Below, piece after piece: positions 31,526 through 40,972 of a stretch of DNA of 64,000 bases; the first letter of the stretch is position 1; each line of letters begins with the position of its first letter. The notes under the pieces are model-generated. The model was not told where the DNA came from. It made no database searches and worked only from the letters and a program-made list of their open reading frames with translations. The translations under genes and the position numbers were made by a program. The DNA lies in the NCBI GenBank assembly GCA_963799845.1, contig CAWCYI010000006.1, forward strand, positions 640,001 through 704,000, given 5' to 3'. The stretch comes from an uncultured Nitrososphaerota archaeon (GTDB taxonomy: Archaea > Thermoproteota > Nitrososphaeria > Nitrososphaerales > CADDZS01).

Positions 31526-32347
31526 ATGCCGAGAATTTCGGCGGGCGATATTAAGATCTATTACGAGACTCAGGGAAGCGGTTCACCCTTGGTCTTGTTT
31601 GGTGGAGGCCTTTTGGGAAGACACAACTTCCCCCGAGTTGTTCTGGAAGAATTATCAAAACACTTCACAGTATTAAGTTATGATCAAAGAGGCTACGGAA
31701 AAAGCGATCGCCCTCTCCAGCGGTATACGATGGACCTCTGGGTGGACGATCTGGCATCATTGATGGACGCCCTGAAAATCTCCCGTGCAAATCTGGTTGG
31801 AACTTCGGTGGGAGGCGTTCTTGCCCTAAAATTTGCCGCCAAATATCCTGAGCGAACGATAGCGTGTGTTGCCGATGTTCCAATCGCGAGACCGGATGCA
31901 ATGAGGAAGGTAATGTTTGCAAACTGGCGTAAGATCGCCCAGTTTAACGGCATCGGCGAGCTTTTCGCCGACACGATAATCACCTACAACGTCGGCGCAA
32001 GCTTTCTTGAAAAATCCGGTATCGAAAAGATTAGGGAGACCATGCTAAATCTGATGTCCGGAATCTCTGTCGAGACTGCAGTTCAGGTCTGTCAAGAAAT
32101 GGAAAAGCTGGACATCACTTCTGACCTTCCAAAGATCAAAAGCCCAACCCTGATTATGGGTACGGAGGGGGACGTCGTAAGTCCACTAGACATGGAGGAG
32201 TCTGGAATAGGTGGCAGGAAGGTTTCGGAGATGATTCCAAATGCGAAGCTCAAGATCTGGGAAGGAATCGGGCACGCGGATATGATTGAGATTCCTGAAA
32301 AGTCCGTCACATTCATCATTGAATTTCTGAAATCGAACGACCACTGA
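31526..32347 (+). CDS. Alpha/beta hydrolase (enol-lactonase-like)
   Basis: YDQRGYGKS, nucleophile elbow GTSVGG, GH near the C-terminus. Confidence 0.88.
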   Translation: MPRISAGDIKIYYETQGSGSPLVLFGGGLLGRHNFPRVVLEELSKHFTVLSYDQRGYGKSDRPLQRYTMDLWVDDLASLMDALKISRANLVGTSVGGVLALKFAAKYPERTIACVADVPIARPDAMRKVMFANWRKIAQFNGIGELFADTIITYNVGASFLEKSGIEKIRETMLNLMSGISVETAVQVCQEMEKLDITSDLPKIKSPTLIMGTEGDVVSPLDMEESGIGGRKVSEMIPNAKLKIWEGIGHADMIEIPEKSVTFIIEFLKSNDH

Positions 32348-32361
32348 ATTGTCATGCAAGT

Positions 32362-33930
32362 TCAAGTGATGTAGTGAAGTTTCGTGTGCATCGACAGCTG
32401 GATGTCCGTGGGAAACCGCCTGCCGCAATTATGCACAATGGCATTGGAAATAAGGTAGGTGTTGTCCGATGTAGCCAAATTGTGGACAGCACCTGAATAA
32501 TTTTCCCGAGTAATTTGGCGTATTGGAGACAAGATCTTCTCCTGAAAAAATTGTACCCTTTGGCGCTTGAGGTTAGGCTCAAGGGGATATGTTATAGAAT
32601 ACTTTGCTCGAAAAGAGCAACTCCGTCCCATATTAAATCCCTCACGGACTTGATGACGAATGCCAACGCTGGCCCAAACGCCTAACCTAGAATAAGCCAA
32701 TTGTAGCTGTTGAGCGAGGATTTTCGAGACCGTAGAGCTGCTTCTGTAGCCCTTGCTTCTATTGGATCGTTTTGTTTGCGTATAACTATCCCCCGCTTCG
32801 TAACCTCGCAGGAATCCCTCAAGAATACTGGTATCATAATGGCACAGAATGAAATCAGGTATCCTTTTGTTAGGAGCCGTATGTCCGCACCAATTATCAA
32901 AAGCCCGAGCTAATACTCTTGAAGGGATACTGAGAAGCATTGAATTTGCTACCACAGAATGATTAACATATATCGAATATCCAAGCTCTTCAGCAATTTT
33001 GGTGACCTTGACCCTGATTTCTTCCTCATCGCTGCTGAGGGAGAAACGTGCTTCTTTCTTGGTTGCTGAGCCCTCAGCAGTATATAGCCCAAGCAGCCAA
33101 GCAGTCTCTACCGTAAGAGGAAAATCCGTTCGGTATCCTTTGTGTTGTGGTTTGTGTTTAATTATGAATGGAGAAAGACTAGCTTGGTAGCTTTCGAATG
33201 TTCCTTTTATGATAGGCATTACTACATAGTTACCATCAGTCTCGTATGTTTTCGCTACAAGATCCTTTGCCTGAACCCATAACTCCGGCGAGAGCTGAAT
33301 CTGATATCGATACTGTCCAGCTCGATGCAGATTGATTGTCCGGCTATTTGATATTAGGATTGGGTGCTCCGGAGTTGTTGTTATCGGCAACATGCCATTA
33401 GCTTTTATCGTTATGACTTCTCCTTTGTAAGGTCGTGAGAATGTACCCAACACCAAGGTGAGCCCAGTTTGGCCCATGACGGTGTTCCCTTCAGTGTATT
33501 CAGCTATCGGTTTGTTGTCTCCCAAAATTAGCGTGTCAGGTAAAACGCAGTGAGGACATTCGAAGACTCCCTCGGGGACTCTGGGAGTTTCTTCGATCTG
33601 AGCCATCCACTTCGGGAGCTTCGTTCCCGGAATCCGCTCGATCTCGTATTTTGCCTTTGACCTTCTTCTTAGCCTGAAAGCCGATGTGATGTTCAGATTT
33701 TCGAAAATTATCGACATGCCGTTTTCAAAGTCCCTGATCAGCTCGTGGGCATTTCGCGGCTCAAGATCGTCGTCCATAACGACGATTTCATGCATCTTTA
33801 CAAAAGCCGGCACGTCCCATCGGTTCTGGATCTCGAAGGCGATCTGCGCGAGCTGTTTTTCTGAAATATGGTCGGTTCGCAGAATGATCAGTGATAAAAA
33901 TCTCCCGGACTCGATCACTGAATTGGACAC
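32362..33930 (-). CDS. C2H2 zinc-finger protein (148 aa after splicing) interrupted by an intein
   Basis: N-extein (127 aa) ends FECPH; C-extein is CGRRFPTDIQLSMHTKLHYIT; together they form C-x2-C-x12-H-x3-H. Confidence 0.88.
   Translation of the reverse strand: MSNSVIESGRFLSLIILRTDHISEKQLAQIAFEIQNRWDVPAFVKMHEIVVMDDDLEPRNAHELIRDFENGMSIIFENLNITSAFRLRRRSKAKYEIERIPGTKLPKWMAQIEETPRVPEGVFECPHCVLPDTLILGDNKPIAEYTEGNTVMGQTGLTLVLGTFSRPYKGEVITIKANGMLPITTTPEHPILISNSRTINLHRAGQYRYQIQLSPELWVQAKDLVAKTYETDGNYVVMPIIKGTFESYQASLSPFIIKHKPQHKGYRTDFPLTVETAWLLGLYTAEGSATKKEARFSLSSDEEEIRVKVTKIAEELGYSIYVNHSVVANSMLLSIPSRVLARAFDNWCGHTAPNKRIPDFILCHYDTSILEGFLRGYEAGDSYTQTKRSNRSKGYRSSSTVSKILAQQLQLAYSRLGVWASVGIRHQVREGFNMGRSCSFRAKYSITYPLEPNLKRQRVQFFQEKILSPIRQITRENYSGAVHNLATSDNTYLISNAIVHNCGRRFPTDIQLSMHTKLHYIT
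32428..33549 (-). mobile_element. Intein (374 aa) with LAGLIDADG homing endonuclease
   Basis: Block A CVLPDTLI, block B TTPEHPIL, block C WLLGLYTAEG, block E FLRGYEAGD, blocks F/G VHNL...IVHN, +1 Cys; visibly more AT-rich than the host gene. Confidence 0.93.
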
Positions 33931-34019
33931 GGGTTACTTTACTATTTTCCTCGAAATTTGAGGCTGCGGACAACATGCTTAAATTAGAAGATCAGACCTT
34001 TTTGCGCTACTTTCCGTTT

Positions 34020-34114
34020 GCCGAGGTAGCTCAGCCTGGGAGAGCACCCGAAAGAACTTCTTGGTGAAGCTGAAGACCGGGCTGTCGTGTGTTCAAGTCA
34101 CACCCTCGGCACCA
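34020..34114 (+). tRNA. tRNA-Phe(GAA) with an 18-nt non-canonical intron at 30/31 (34051-34068); CCA encoded
   Basis: GCCGAGG/CCTCGGC acceptor, GCTC/GAGC D-stem; the CCCGG/CCGGG anticodon stem forms only after removing the insert; loop CTGAAGA. Confidence 0.93.
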
Positions 34115-34145
34115 GTTGCCTATTTTCAATTACTCGTAAGAACTG

Positions 34146-35630
34146 TCAATCGCCCGGATCATCATTTCCGCTGTAATTCAATGCCTGAGACAGTGATTCA
34201 TTTATCCCGACGTTCGGATTGAATACAGTCAGATTTTGCGAGCCGAAAGTAATCGGTGAAAAAGTGCAGGCGGTCGGACAGGAGCTTAGAGGATAGGTAA
34301 CACCCGTACTTGACAAGAGAAGAGGAGGGAGAGGCGTCTGAGCGAAGTTTAACATGTAAAACAGGTTCGGTTCGTTGCCGTCCCGATCGGTCAAGTTCGC
34401 TAACCCCCAGTTATACTCTATTGTGCTGAGAAACGCCGAAAAATCCTCCTGGTTTATGCTCTTGAATTTCGTGCCGTAGTTGTAAGAAGGAGCCTCCACG
34501 AGTGCTCCCGATCTGGAGTATGGTGATATTGCGATGAGCGGCACCCTGAAGCCCTCGCCCGCAGTGTCGAATTGAAGCGGGACAATACCATCATAGTAAC
34601 CTCCCCAATCGTCCTCGGTGAAAAATATCACAGTGGACGACCACTCGGGACTCTTCTCGATCAAATTGATTATAGACGAAACGTACTTCTGCCCGTTGGC
34701 CCAAGTCGATTGGCCGGCGTGATCACTGACCTGCGGTTCAGGGATGACCCATGAAACGGCAGGAAGAGTATTCGAGGAGATGGCGGTCTCGAGATCTTTC
34801 ATGCTGAGCAGGCTCTTACATTCGGTAGGTTGCATCTGAACTTGGGTAAAGTCAGTCAGGCCTGACCAGAACGAATCGTAACCGTGAACATTGGCTCCAA
34901 TAAATTTGGGTGTGTATGGAGTGCTGGGACAGTCAATGGCATCGTTCCAGTTGTACTGGTAGTACCCCCAAGAAATCTCATTCTGGGTAAGTAACTGCCC
35001 TATTTGAGGGAAGGTCAGATTGTACTGCGTCACGCAAGGATCGCAGGTGCCCAGAGGGCCGGCGCTGGCAGCGACGGTAAACAGGTGATTCGGCAGGCTC
35101 GAGTCCATCGAACTAGACATGAAATTATAGTTCAGCGTATAATACTCGGCATAGTCCCAGTAGTAGGGAAGCGTCTTTCCCGTATAGTACGCCATGGAGT
35201 AATTTTTTACGCTGGATGAAAGAGTTTCTACAAAGCCGTTCATCGCGCCATTGTTGTAGTCAGTTAAGGCAGATTTTCGGGTATGTGGAATGTCCATTCC
35301 CTGAACGGTCGTTTGCTTGGTATCTGCGTCCCAAGGCTTGATGCACGGTGTCGTCGCCGGGGGCTTGTCGGGGATGCACGTGTTCAGATTCAGCCCGAAT
35401 CCGCTCGGTAGCCCGGGGTAAACTCCGAACATGTTATCGAAGGCGTGATTTTCCTGAACGATGAACACTATGTGTTGTATTGGAGTTTTAGGCGCCGGAG
35501 CCAGAGCGAAAGACGATGCATCGAACCGATTGTAGCTCGACGAAGAAAAAATTACGAGAATGACGACAAGTGAAGTAACCACGAAAAACTTCAAGCCGTT
35601 CTTGACACCAGCGTTGTCGAAATTCAACAA
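34146..35630 (-). CDS. Secreted phosphoesterase / phospholipase C-acid phosphatase family
   Basis: PIQHIVFIVQENHAFDNMFG, SLPNH, DDWGGYYD, GFRVP. Confidence 0.9.
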   Translation of the reverse strand: MLNFDNAGVKNGLKFFVVTSLVVILVIFSSSSYNRFDASSFALAPAPKTPIQHIVFIVQENHAFDNMFGVYPGLPSGFGLNLNTCIPDKPPATTPCIKPWDADTKQTTVQGMDIPHTRKSALTDYNNGAMNGFVETLSSSVKNYSMAYYTGKTLPYYWDYAEYYTLNYNFMSSSMDSSLPNHLFTVAASAGPLGTCDPCVTQYNLTFPQIGQLLTQNEISWGYYQYNWNDAIDCPSTPYTPKFIGANVHGYDSFWSGLTDFTQVQMQPTECKSLLSMKDLETAISSNTLPAVSWVIPEPQVSDHAGQSTWANGQKYVSSIINLIEKSPEWSSTVIFFTEDDWGGYYDGIVPLQFDTAGEGFRVPLIAISPYSRSGALVEAPSYNYGTKFKSINQEDFSAFLSTIEYNWGLANLTDRDGNEPNLFYMLNFAQTPLPPLLLSSTGVTYPLSSCPTACTFSPITFGSQNLTVFNPNVGINESLSQALNYSGNDDPGD

Positions 35631-35770
35631 AGGAGTACTATTAATGCCTGTTGGCCTCAGAGACCTTCCCGAAAAAATGCTTTAAGACTGAGTAAAATGC
35701 TGTGAGATCTGAGGATTCCTAAGGATACTGGTCAGCCCTCATGACCCACGTCGCGCAAAAATAAAGAAGA

Positions 35771-35979
35771 GAAGGCCTAGCGGCCCTCGCATCAGTTTTG
35801 AATTTAGCTTTCCTACTTGTTACTCAGCCCTTCAACCGAGAGTTATCGTCATCGTGAAGTTCATATCGTCACTGCTTGTAGTCGTTACCATTGGTCCTCG
35901 GCCTGTAGTTCCCTTCAGCCCACCGGACGTGGGGAATACTGATTTCATTAGCCTTCATTTTGGCGCCCGATCGGCCTTC
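35771..35979 (-). ncRNA. Candidate structured ncRNA (~200 nt), family unrecognised
   Basis: Nested long-range helices, CUGA and (A/G)UGACGA motifs, downstream T-rich tract; no ORF >30 aa found on this strand. Confidence 0.4.
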
Positions 35980-36024
35980 AGATTCACCTCTTTATCCCCA
36001 AGGCAAATCTGATTCGTCGTCAAT

Positions 36025-36390
36025 CTAGAATATCCAGAAACCCTTGAATTTGGTCTCCTGGATCGCCCTTGTTAGGGCATCGACTATCCTTCCTTCTTCC
36101 GCTCCCTCGTATTCAAGAACGAGTAGGCCGGTGCTCGTCGCTGGAAACATTATTGGGAGTTTTTCCACTATTAGCTGACTCTGCTTTCGGATATTCTCCC
36201 GGAATCTATCTTTCTTGACAAGCTCCCGCGGTGTTGTTGTCAAGGTCACTCTGTATCCGCTCAAAGTGTTTGCAGAGAAATCGACAGTGCCGGCGCCCAC
36301 AAGAGATTTGCCAACTTTTTCTCTCTGGACTCGCTCGACATCGAAAGAGACAGGCTTGCCATCTTTCGACAAAACTACTTGTTTTGTCAT
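36025..36390 (-). CDS. Hypothetical protein
   Basis: 121-aa ORF with ATG start. Confidence 0.6.
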   Translation of the reverse strand: MTKQVVLSKDGKPVSFDVERVQREKVGKSLVGAGTVDFSANTLSGYRVTLTTTPRELVKKDRFRENIRKQSQLIVEKLPIMFPATSTGLLVLEYEGAEEGRIVDALTRAIQETKFKGFWIF

Positions 36391-36700
36391 CCTGAAGAGA
36401 TTGTGACTACATCCTTATTTGGATTCGCCATGTCCGTCGCAATTTTACCGTAATCTTGTGCTAATCATGGGATAGATCCCAGCAATCTAACGAATTTTAA
36501 TACCCCAAAATCTTTCTGAAAAAACCCAACGAGTTCCGACAGCGCGAACCAATATATTTCATGTAATCTCTGCGGGCAGACTCTATTTGTACAGGTTTAG
36601 GAGCGAATTGGGCCAGCGCCACTAGGCCAATGAATTAGCAATTGTTCGGACTCTTTCCTTATGCTTAAATCCACGAACATAATTCATCCAGCTATTCAAA

Positions 36701-37489
36701 TTGTTCTGTCCCAAATGCGGCCAAGAAAACGCTAATGATGCAACTTTTTGCCAGAAATGTGGAGCTGACTTGAAGATGAGTAATGCCACGACCGGAGGTC
36801 CTGCAACGGGAGGTGGAACGCCCAGTTCTACCCCGCCGCCAACATACTCTGGCGCGAACCCCATGCCGAGCTCATTCAACATAATGGCGACCTTCAAGCA
36901 TGCGATTGATCTTGTGAAAAGCCCTGCTTCCGTCATGACGGCCTACAAGGATACGGACACGCCGTTAAACTCGCTCATGATTCATTACGTAGCTATCTTG
37001 GCTATTATCCCATTAGTAGGTACTTTGATCGGCGATCTTTGGTACTATGGCATTTTCGGCTATCTTGGATTTGCCGGCGCCGCTGGTTACGGTTATGCAT
37101 TCTTCTCGGCAATTCTCGGCTATATCCTTGACATCATTGCAGTTTTTGTTGTCGGATTTGTTGCCTGGAAATTGGCACCTAATTTTGGAACCACGACGAC
37201 TCAGGTTCGAGCAACCAGATTGGCTGCGTACGCCTTCACTCCGTACTTTCTGCTTTCAATTCTAAACATTATTCCATTCATTGGGTTTTTGTCTATCCTC
37301 GGATTGTTGTATGGATTGTACGTCCTTTACATAGGCTTGCCGATATTGCTAGGCACGCCTCAAGACAAGGCTCTCATTTACACCATAGTGGTCGTCATAG
37401 CCGTCGTTATCGTCTACGCTGTGATAGGTGCAATCATAGCCGCAGTCGCCTTCGCAATTTTCGCTCATTCATTGGGATTCGTTTTCTAG
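36701..37489 (+). CDS. Zinc-ribbon + Yip1-domain membrane protein
   Basis: FCPKCG.EN...A.FCQKCG; 5 TM with AAYAFTP and LYGLYVLYIGLP. Confidence 0.88.
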   Translation: MFCPKCGQENANDATFCQKCGADLKMSNATTGGPATGGGTPSSTPPPTYSGANPMPSSFNIMATFKHAIDLVKSPASVMTAYKDTDTPLNSLMIHYVAILAIIPLVGTLIGDLWYYGIFGYLGFAGAAGYGYAFFSAILGYILDIIAVFVVGFVAWKLAPNFGTTTTQVRATRLAAYAFTPYFLLSILNIIPFIGFLSILGLLYGLYVLYIGLPILLGTPQDKALIYTIVVVIAVVIVYAVIGAIIAAVAFAIFAHSLGFVF

Positions 37490-37573
37490 ATTTCCGATAG
37501 GCTACTCGCTCGCGAACTAAGAACGAGAAGCGAGCATAAATAAGACCTCGTAGTATCTTAGTGTGGACTCTGC

Positions 37574-37927
37574 ATGAAACTCGCTTATGGAGAAGGAGTA
37601 CTAGTTGCCATTCTCGCGCCGTTCGTGGTTCTTCTGTTTGGAAAAATCAATCTGTTTGAAACATTCTTTTTGATTTTTGCCCTGCTAGGTGTTTGGACAC
37701 TAGTTTCTGCGTTTACACTAGCGATCGCGCATGACAGGTTCTTCTATGTCGCCTGGGGGCTAATCCTCGCCAGCTTTTCAAGCGCTTTCATAACTCGGAT
37801 TCAGTACGCGGTGGCTCTGATCATTCTTGCCATAATCGCTTCAATATTGATCAACGTCGCGACCAGAAAAAATCAGCCCAAGAAAAGTCAAGTCAAGGTA
37901 GACCAGAACAAACCTAGCCCAGCCTGA
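37574..37927 (+). CDS. Small 4-TM membrane protein
   Basis: Hydrophobic helices and a basic tail. Confidence 0.65.
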   Translation: MKLAYGEGVLVAILAPFVVLLFGKINLFETFFLIFALLGVWTLVSAFTLAIAHDRFFYVAWGLILASFSSAFITRIQYAVALIILAIIASILINVATRKNQPKKSQVKVDQNKPSPA

Positions 37928-38252
37928 ATCGCCTAAACTCGTACTTCTCGAGATTTATCTTTCCGTTTCGGATTGCAATTCCCTCCTTTCTGAGAAGCCG
38001 TGCCTTAGTGACGGTTCCCTCCTCTCCATAGCCGCCGATTGTTCCGTCCGATTTTATTACTCGGTGGCAGGGAATTTTTTCGTTTGGATAGCGGCACTGC
38101 CTCATAGCCCAACCGACAGCCCTCGAACCTCTCGGATTGCCGAGAAATCTTGCGACCGCAGAATAAGAGGTAACTTTACCGCGCGGAACTTGGGCGACTA
38201 CCTTGTAGACGAGCTCGAAAAAATTCTCCGGCAACGATGCTTGTAAGATCAA
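37914..38252 (-). CDS. O6-alkylguanine-DNA alkyltransferase (MGMT family, single domain)
   Basis: VP.GKVTSY, RAVG, active site IPCHRV. Confidence 0.9.
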   Translation of the reverse strand: MILQASLPENFFELVYKVVAQVPRGKVTSYSAVARFLGNPRGSRAVGWAMRQCRYPNEKIPCHRVIKSDGTIGGYGEEGTVTKARLLRKEGIAIRNGKINLEKYEFRRFRLG

Positions 38253-38394
38253 GTGCGTATTCTATTTTTTCCTATTCGCCCGTTTTCCCTTGAACTTCTT
38301 GGCTCAACGGATCGACTCCGATTCAAGACCTTTCATAAGACTAGGAGTGAAAGTGCGGCTTTATCCATCCTATACTTTCATGGCGTAACCATGA

Positions 38395-38733
38395 TCACTG
38401 TACTTCAATATTCGAGGCAGAGTAACCCAGCTTTATGAGGACTTGCTTTGCCTCTTCTCTCTTGTCGCCCTGCAATATGACCTGACCGTCCTTCGCTGAC
38501 CCGCCGGTTGCAAGGCTTTTCTTCAGTTCGTGGGCGACTTTCTGCAACTCTCCTCTTTCGGTAGGCAGCCCAATTATCAAAGTGGTAGGCTTTCTGAACC
38601 TTCGCGTTTCCTCCCTGATGATTATTCTGACCTGATCGCGATCGAGTTCCCGAAGATAATCGCCGAACGCAACGTCCTCGATTTCTTTGTCTGAGTCCGA
38701 TGATGATGATACCAACGGATTATTCCTTGACAT
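38395..38733 (-). CDS. sui1: Translation initiation factor aIF1 (SUI1)
   Basis: RRFRKPTTLIIG...LKKSLATGGSAKDG..ILQGD. Confidence 0.93.
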   Translation of the reverse strand: MSRNNPLVSSSSDSDKEIEDVAFGDYLRELDRDQVRIIIREETRRFRKPTTLIIGLPTERGELQKVAHELKKSLATGGSAKDGQVILQGDKREEAKQVLIKLGYSASNIEVQ

Positions 38734-38830
38734 AAAGCTACATTAAACGATGTCGCTTCTAATATAGTAGGCAGTTGTTAGAATCGAAGTTAGTAAAGTC
38801 GTTCTTACTTCTAGAAGCAAAGCCCCCGAC

Positions 38831-40630
38831 TTAGATTATGGCAACTACTACTGTGACGAGTACTGCCAATAAGCCCAGGGCCTGCGCACCTTGTTTCGCA
38901 TGCATGCTCGTTTCGTCCAATAGTCCAGAGAAATTGTTGAGAATCTCGCCTCCGATTGTCCTTATCATTCCGTCCGAAACCGAAGTCGAATAGATGCCGT
39001 GGCCAAGTCTTGATCGTGCCCTTTGAAATAACAGTTCAAGGGTCGAAGCGAACTCCTCAGGAGTACTGACCTCACCTAGCGCGAGATAGCCCTTCGCGTT
39101 GCTCGCTTTCGCCGCGGTTACGTGCGTGTCGGATGTGCAGATCTCCAAGATTCTTACGGAGGAATTTGTCTCGAATTTTTCAATAACTTCGGCCCGGAAT
39201 CCAATTCTTGCATTATTGGCATCGACAACCACAAGACAAAATCTCGAATCTTTGATCTCGAACAATAAAAAGCCGATTCCCGCCGGGCCGACGTCTCCTC
39301 TATTTTCAGTACCTAACTCGGAACTGTGAGCAAATCCGAACTTGAAATCAGACTGATTTTCGATGGAGACTTGGTGGAGGACTTCCTTGGCAGCTTTGAT
39401 CAAGTCATTAGTGTCGACTTCGTTTGGTTTTTCGCCGAGTGAATTGTGAGAATCAATAATAAGAGATGGCTCGAACCCGAGTCTCTTTGATTCGTTGTAA
39501 ATTTCCTCCCGTATTCTTCCTGGAAGATCCTCCATCCCATCAGGGGCAAGAGTGAGAGTTACTAACAGGGTTTTTCCCAGTGCAAAGCCGGATGCTGTGG
39601 CTTTGTTGTTCTTTATAGTGACGGGGAGACTCATCGTCTTACCCGAATCGATTGTTATCTTATCTTGGAGGCTCGCAATGTATTTGCGCACTTCCTGCTT
39701 CGAAGGAAGGTTTAGGTCGTGGTCTGAGATTGAGTGAAATGTCAGTGGGATTGTATCGTCAGTTCTCAAGGATTCGTAAATATCCCCCGGCAGGTTACTT
39801 GATCCAACCGGAGAAAAAGGCCCAGGATGGATTCCTGGAACTACCAAGAGAGCAACCGGATTTTTCGCACCATTGTTCAGCGACTCCAAACGGATGAAAG
39901 TAGTGCTAACATTTCGTTCTTCGCTGGAAATCTGAAAATAGTGCTCAAGATCCTCGGGATCGTCAGCAGTCCAGGCATTCAAAAAGGCCTGTAAAAGCTG
40001 GAGCGCCCTAAATCCATCCAAGGGCTTGTTGATTATAGAAAGGTAGACCTCAATTCCAGCGATTAATACGAACCCGCCAACTATTGCTACAATAGTGTAC
40101 GTGGAATAGAGCGAGACAGCCTTAAGCGACAATGCTACTGGAAATAGAAGAATAATAGGCTGGGCTATTGCTAGCGGCAACCCATTGAGCGGTTTTGGGT
40201 AAAAGACTGCGCCGAACACCAGCGCTCGAAATGAGATCGCAAAAAAAGCTCCTAGAAGTACTAGAGAGAAAAATCTGCCCTCACTCTTTGGCGCGGCGTA
40301 AATAATCACGCCGACAATTGAACTTATGAACCACAGCATGTTGCTGATTATCGATATTGTCGAGAGTCGGCGGAAACTTGCGATCTTGTTGCTTTTCAGC
40401 ACAAGATTATCGATTTCTATTCCAAAAATGAGTGCAGCTTCAGTTGCAATCGCGTAAATTATTGTGCGCTCGATTCCCGCTCCAAGGACCCACCTAGTGA
40501 CAAGTTCGATTGCGATGGTCGGTAAACTGGCGAAAAATATGGATAGACTAGTCGAAGGAAGGCGGAAGAGGTAGGCATACCGCCTTTGCAAGTTTCCAGT
40601 AGAGTTCTTCTCCAGCTCGACGGTTGACAA
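38831..40630 (-). CDS. DUF2070-family membrane protein
   Basis: N-terminal TM bundle; VPGIHPGPF..VGSSNLP, IDSHNS, VDANN, TSDTH. Confidence 0.85.
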   Translation of the reverse strand: MSTVELEKNSTGNLQRRYAYLFRLPSTSLSIFFASLPTIAIELVTRWVLGAGIERTIIYAIATEAALIFGIEIDNLVLKSNKIASFRRLSTISIISNMLWFISSIVGVIIYAAPKSEGRFFSLVLLGAFFAISFRALVFGAVFYPKPLNGLPLAIAQPIILLFPVALSLKAVSLYSTYTIVAIVGGFVLIAGIEVYLSIINKPLDGFRALQLLQAFLNAWTADDPEDLEHYFQISSEERNVSTTFIRLESLNNGAKNPVALLVVPGIHPGPFSPVGSSNLPGDIYESLRTDDTIPLTFHSISDHDLNLPSKQEVRKYIASLQDKITIDSGKTMSLPVTIKNNKATASGFALGKTLLVTLTLAPDGMEDLPGRIREEIYNESKRLGFEPSLIIDSHNSLGEKPNEVDTNDLIKAAKEVLHQVSIENQSDFKFGFAHSSELGTENRGDVGPAGIGFLLFEIKDSRFCLVVVDANNARIGFRAEVIEKFETNSSVRILEICTSDTHVTAAKASNAKGYLALGEVSTPEEFASTLELLFQRARSRLGHGIYSTSVSDGMIRTIGGEILNNFSGLLDETSMHAKQGAQALGLLAVLVTVVVAII

Positions 40631-40751
40631 TTCTCGTTGTGTCCGGCTTTCCTAATCAATGCAATTGGAGGGGATAAAACAAAAGCGTTCGCTGCTCTGT
40701 TGCAGCACTCGGAAGCGTAAGTAAGAGAATGAAATCTTGGCCGACAGGAAC

Positions 40752-40922
40752 TTAGGATCGGGCGACCGGCAAAATTATTGTGATAATAATCAGCGCCGCG
40801 GCAAAGATGATGACGTATTCGGGTCTGATCTTAATCCCCTGAGTCTCATCCTCAAAGAACCTGAGAAGACCCGCGCTTGAAGCTGGCATCGGTGCCTTGT
40901 TCTTATCTTTCTTTGCACTCAT
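40752..40922 (-). CDS. secG: Preprotein translocase subunit Sec61beta (56 aa, absent from the ORF track)
   Basis: MSAKKDKNKAPMPASSAGLLRFFEDETQGIKIRPEYVIIFAAALIIITIILPVARS. Confidence 0.93.
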   Translation of the reverse strand: MSAKKDKNKAPMPASSAGLLRFFEDETQGIKIRPEYVIIFAAALIIITIILPVARS

Positions 40923-40972
40923 GACTAAGTTCAGCTGAAGTACGTGTTATTCGATTTGACGAAGATAAATGC

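Noticed and set aside
26903-32347. Nicotinate maleamate pathway (NicX/NicD)
   Set aside because: The M29-like protein has Glu (CELGFG) where I recall NicX has an Fe-binding His, and no hydroxylase or maleate isomerase genes are present.
35771-35979. SRP RNA, RNase P RNA, hammerhead ribozyme or TPP riboswitch
   Set aside because: Core motifs are missing: no SRP helix-8 motif, no GAGGAAA..CC, and CTGATG is not followed by A, stem II and GAAA.
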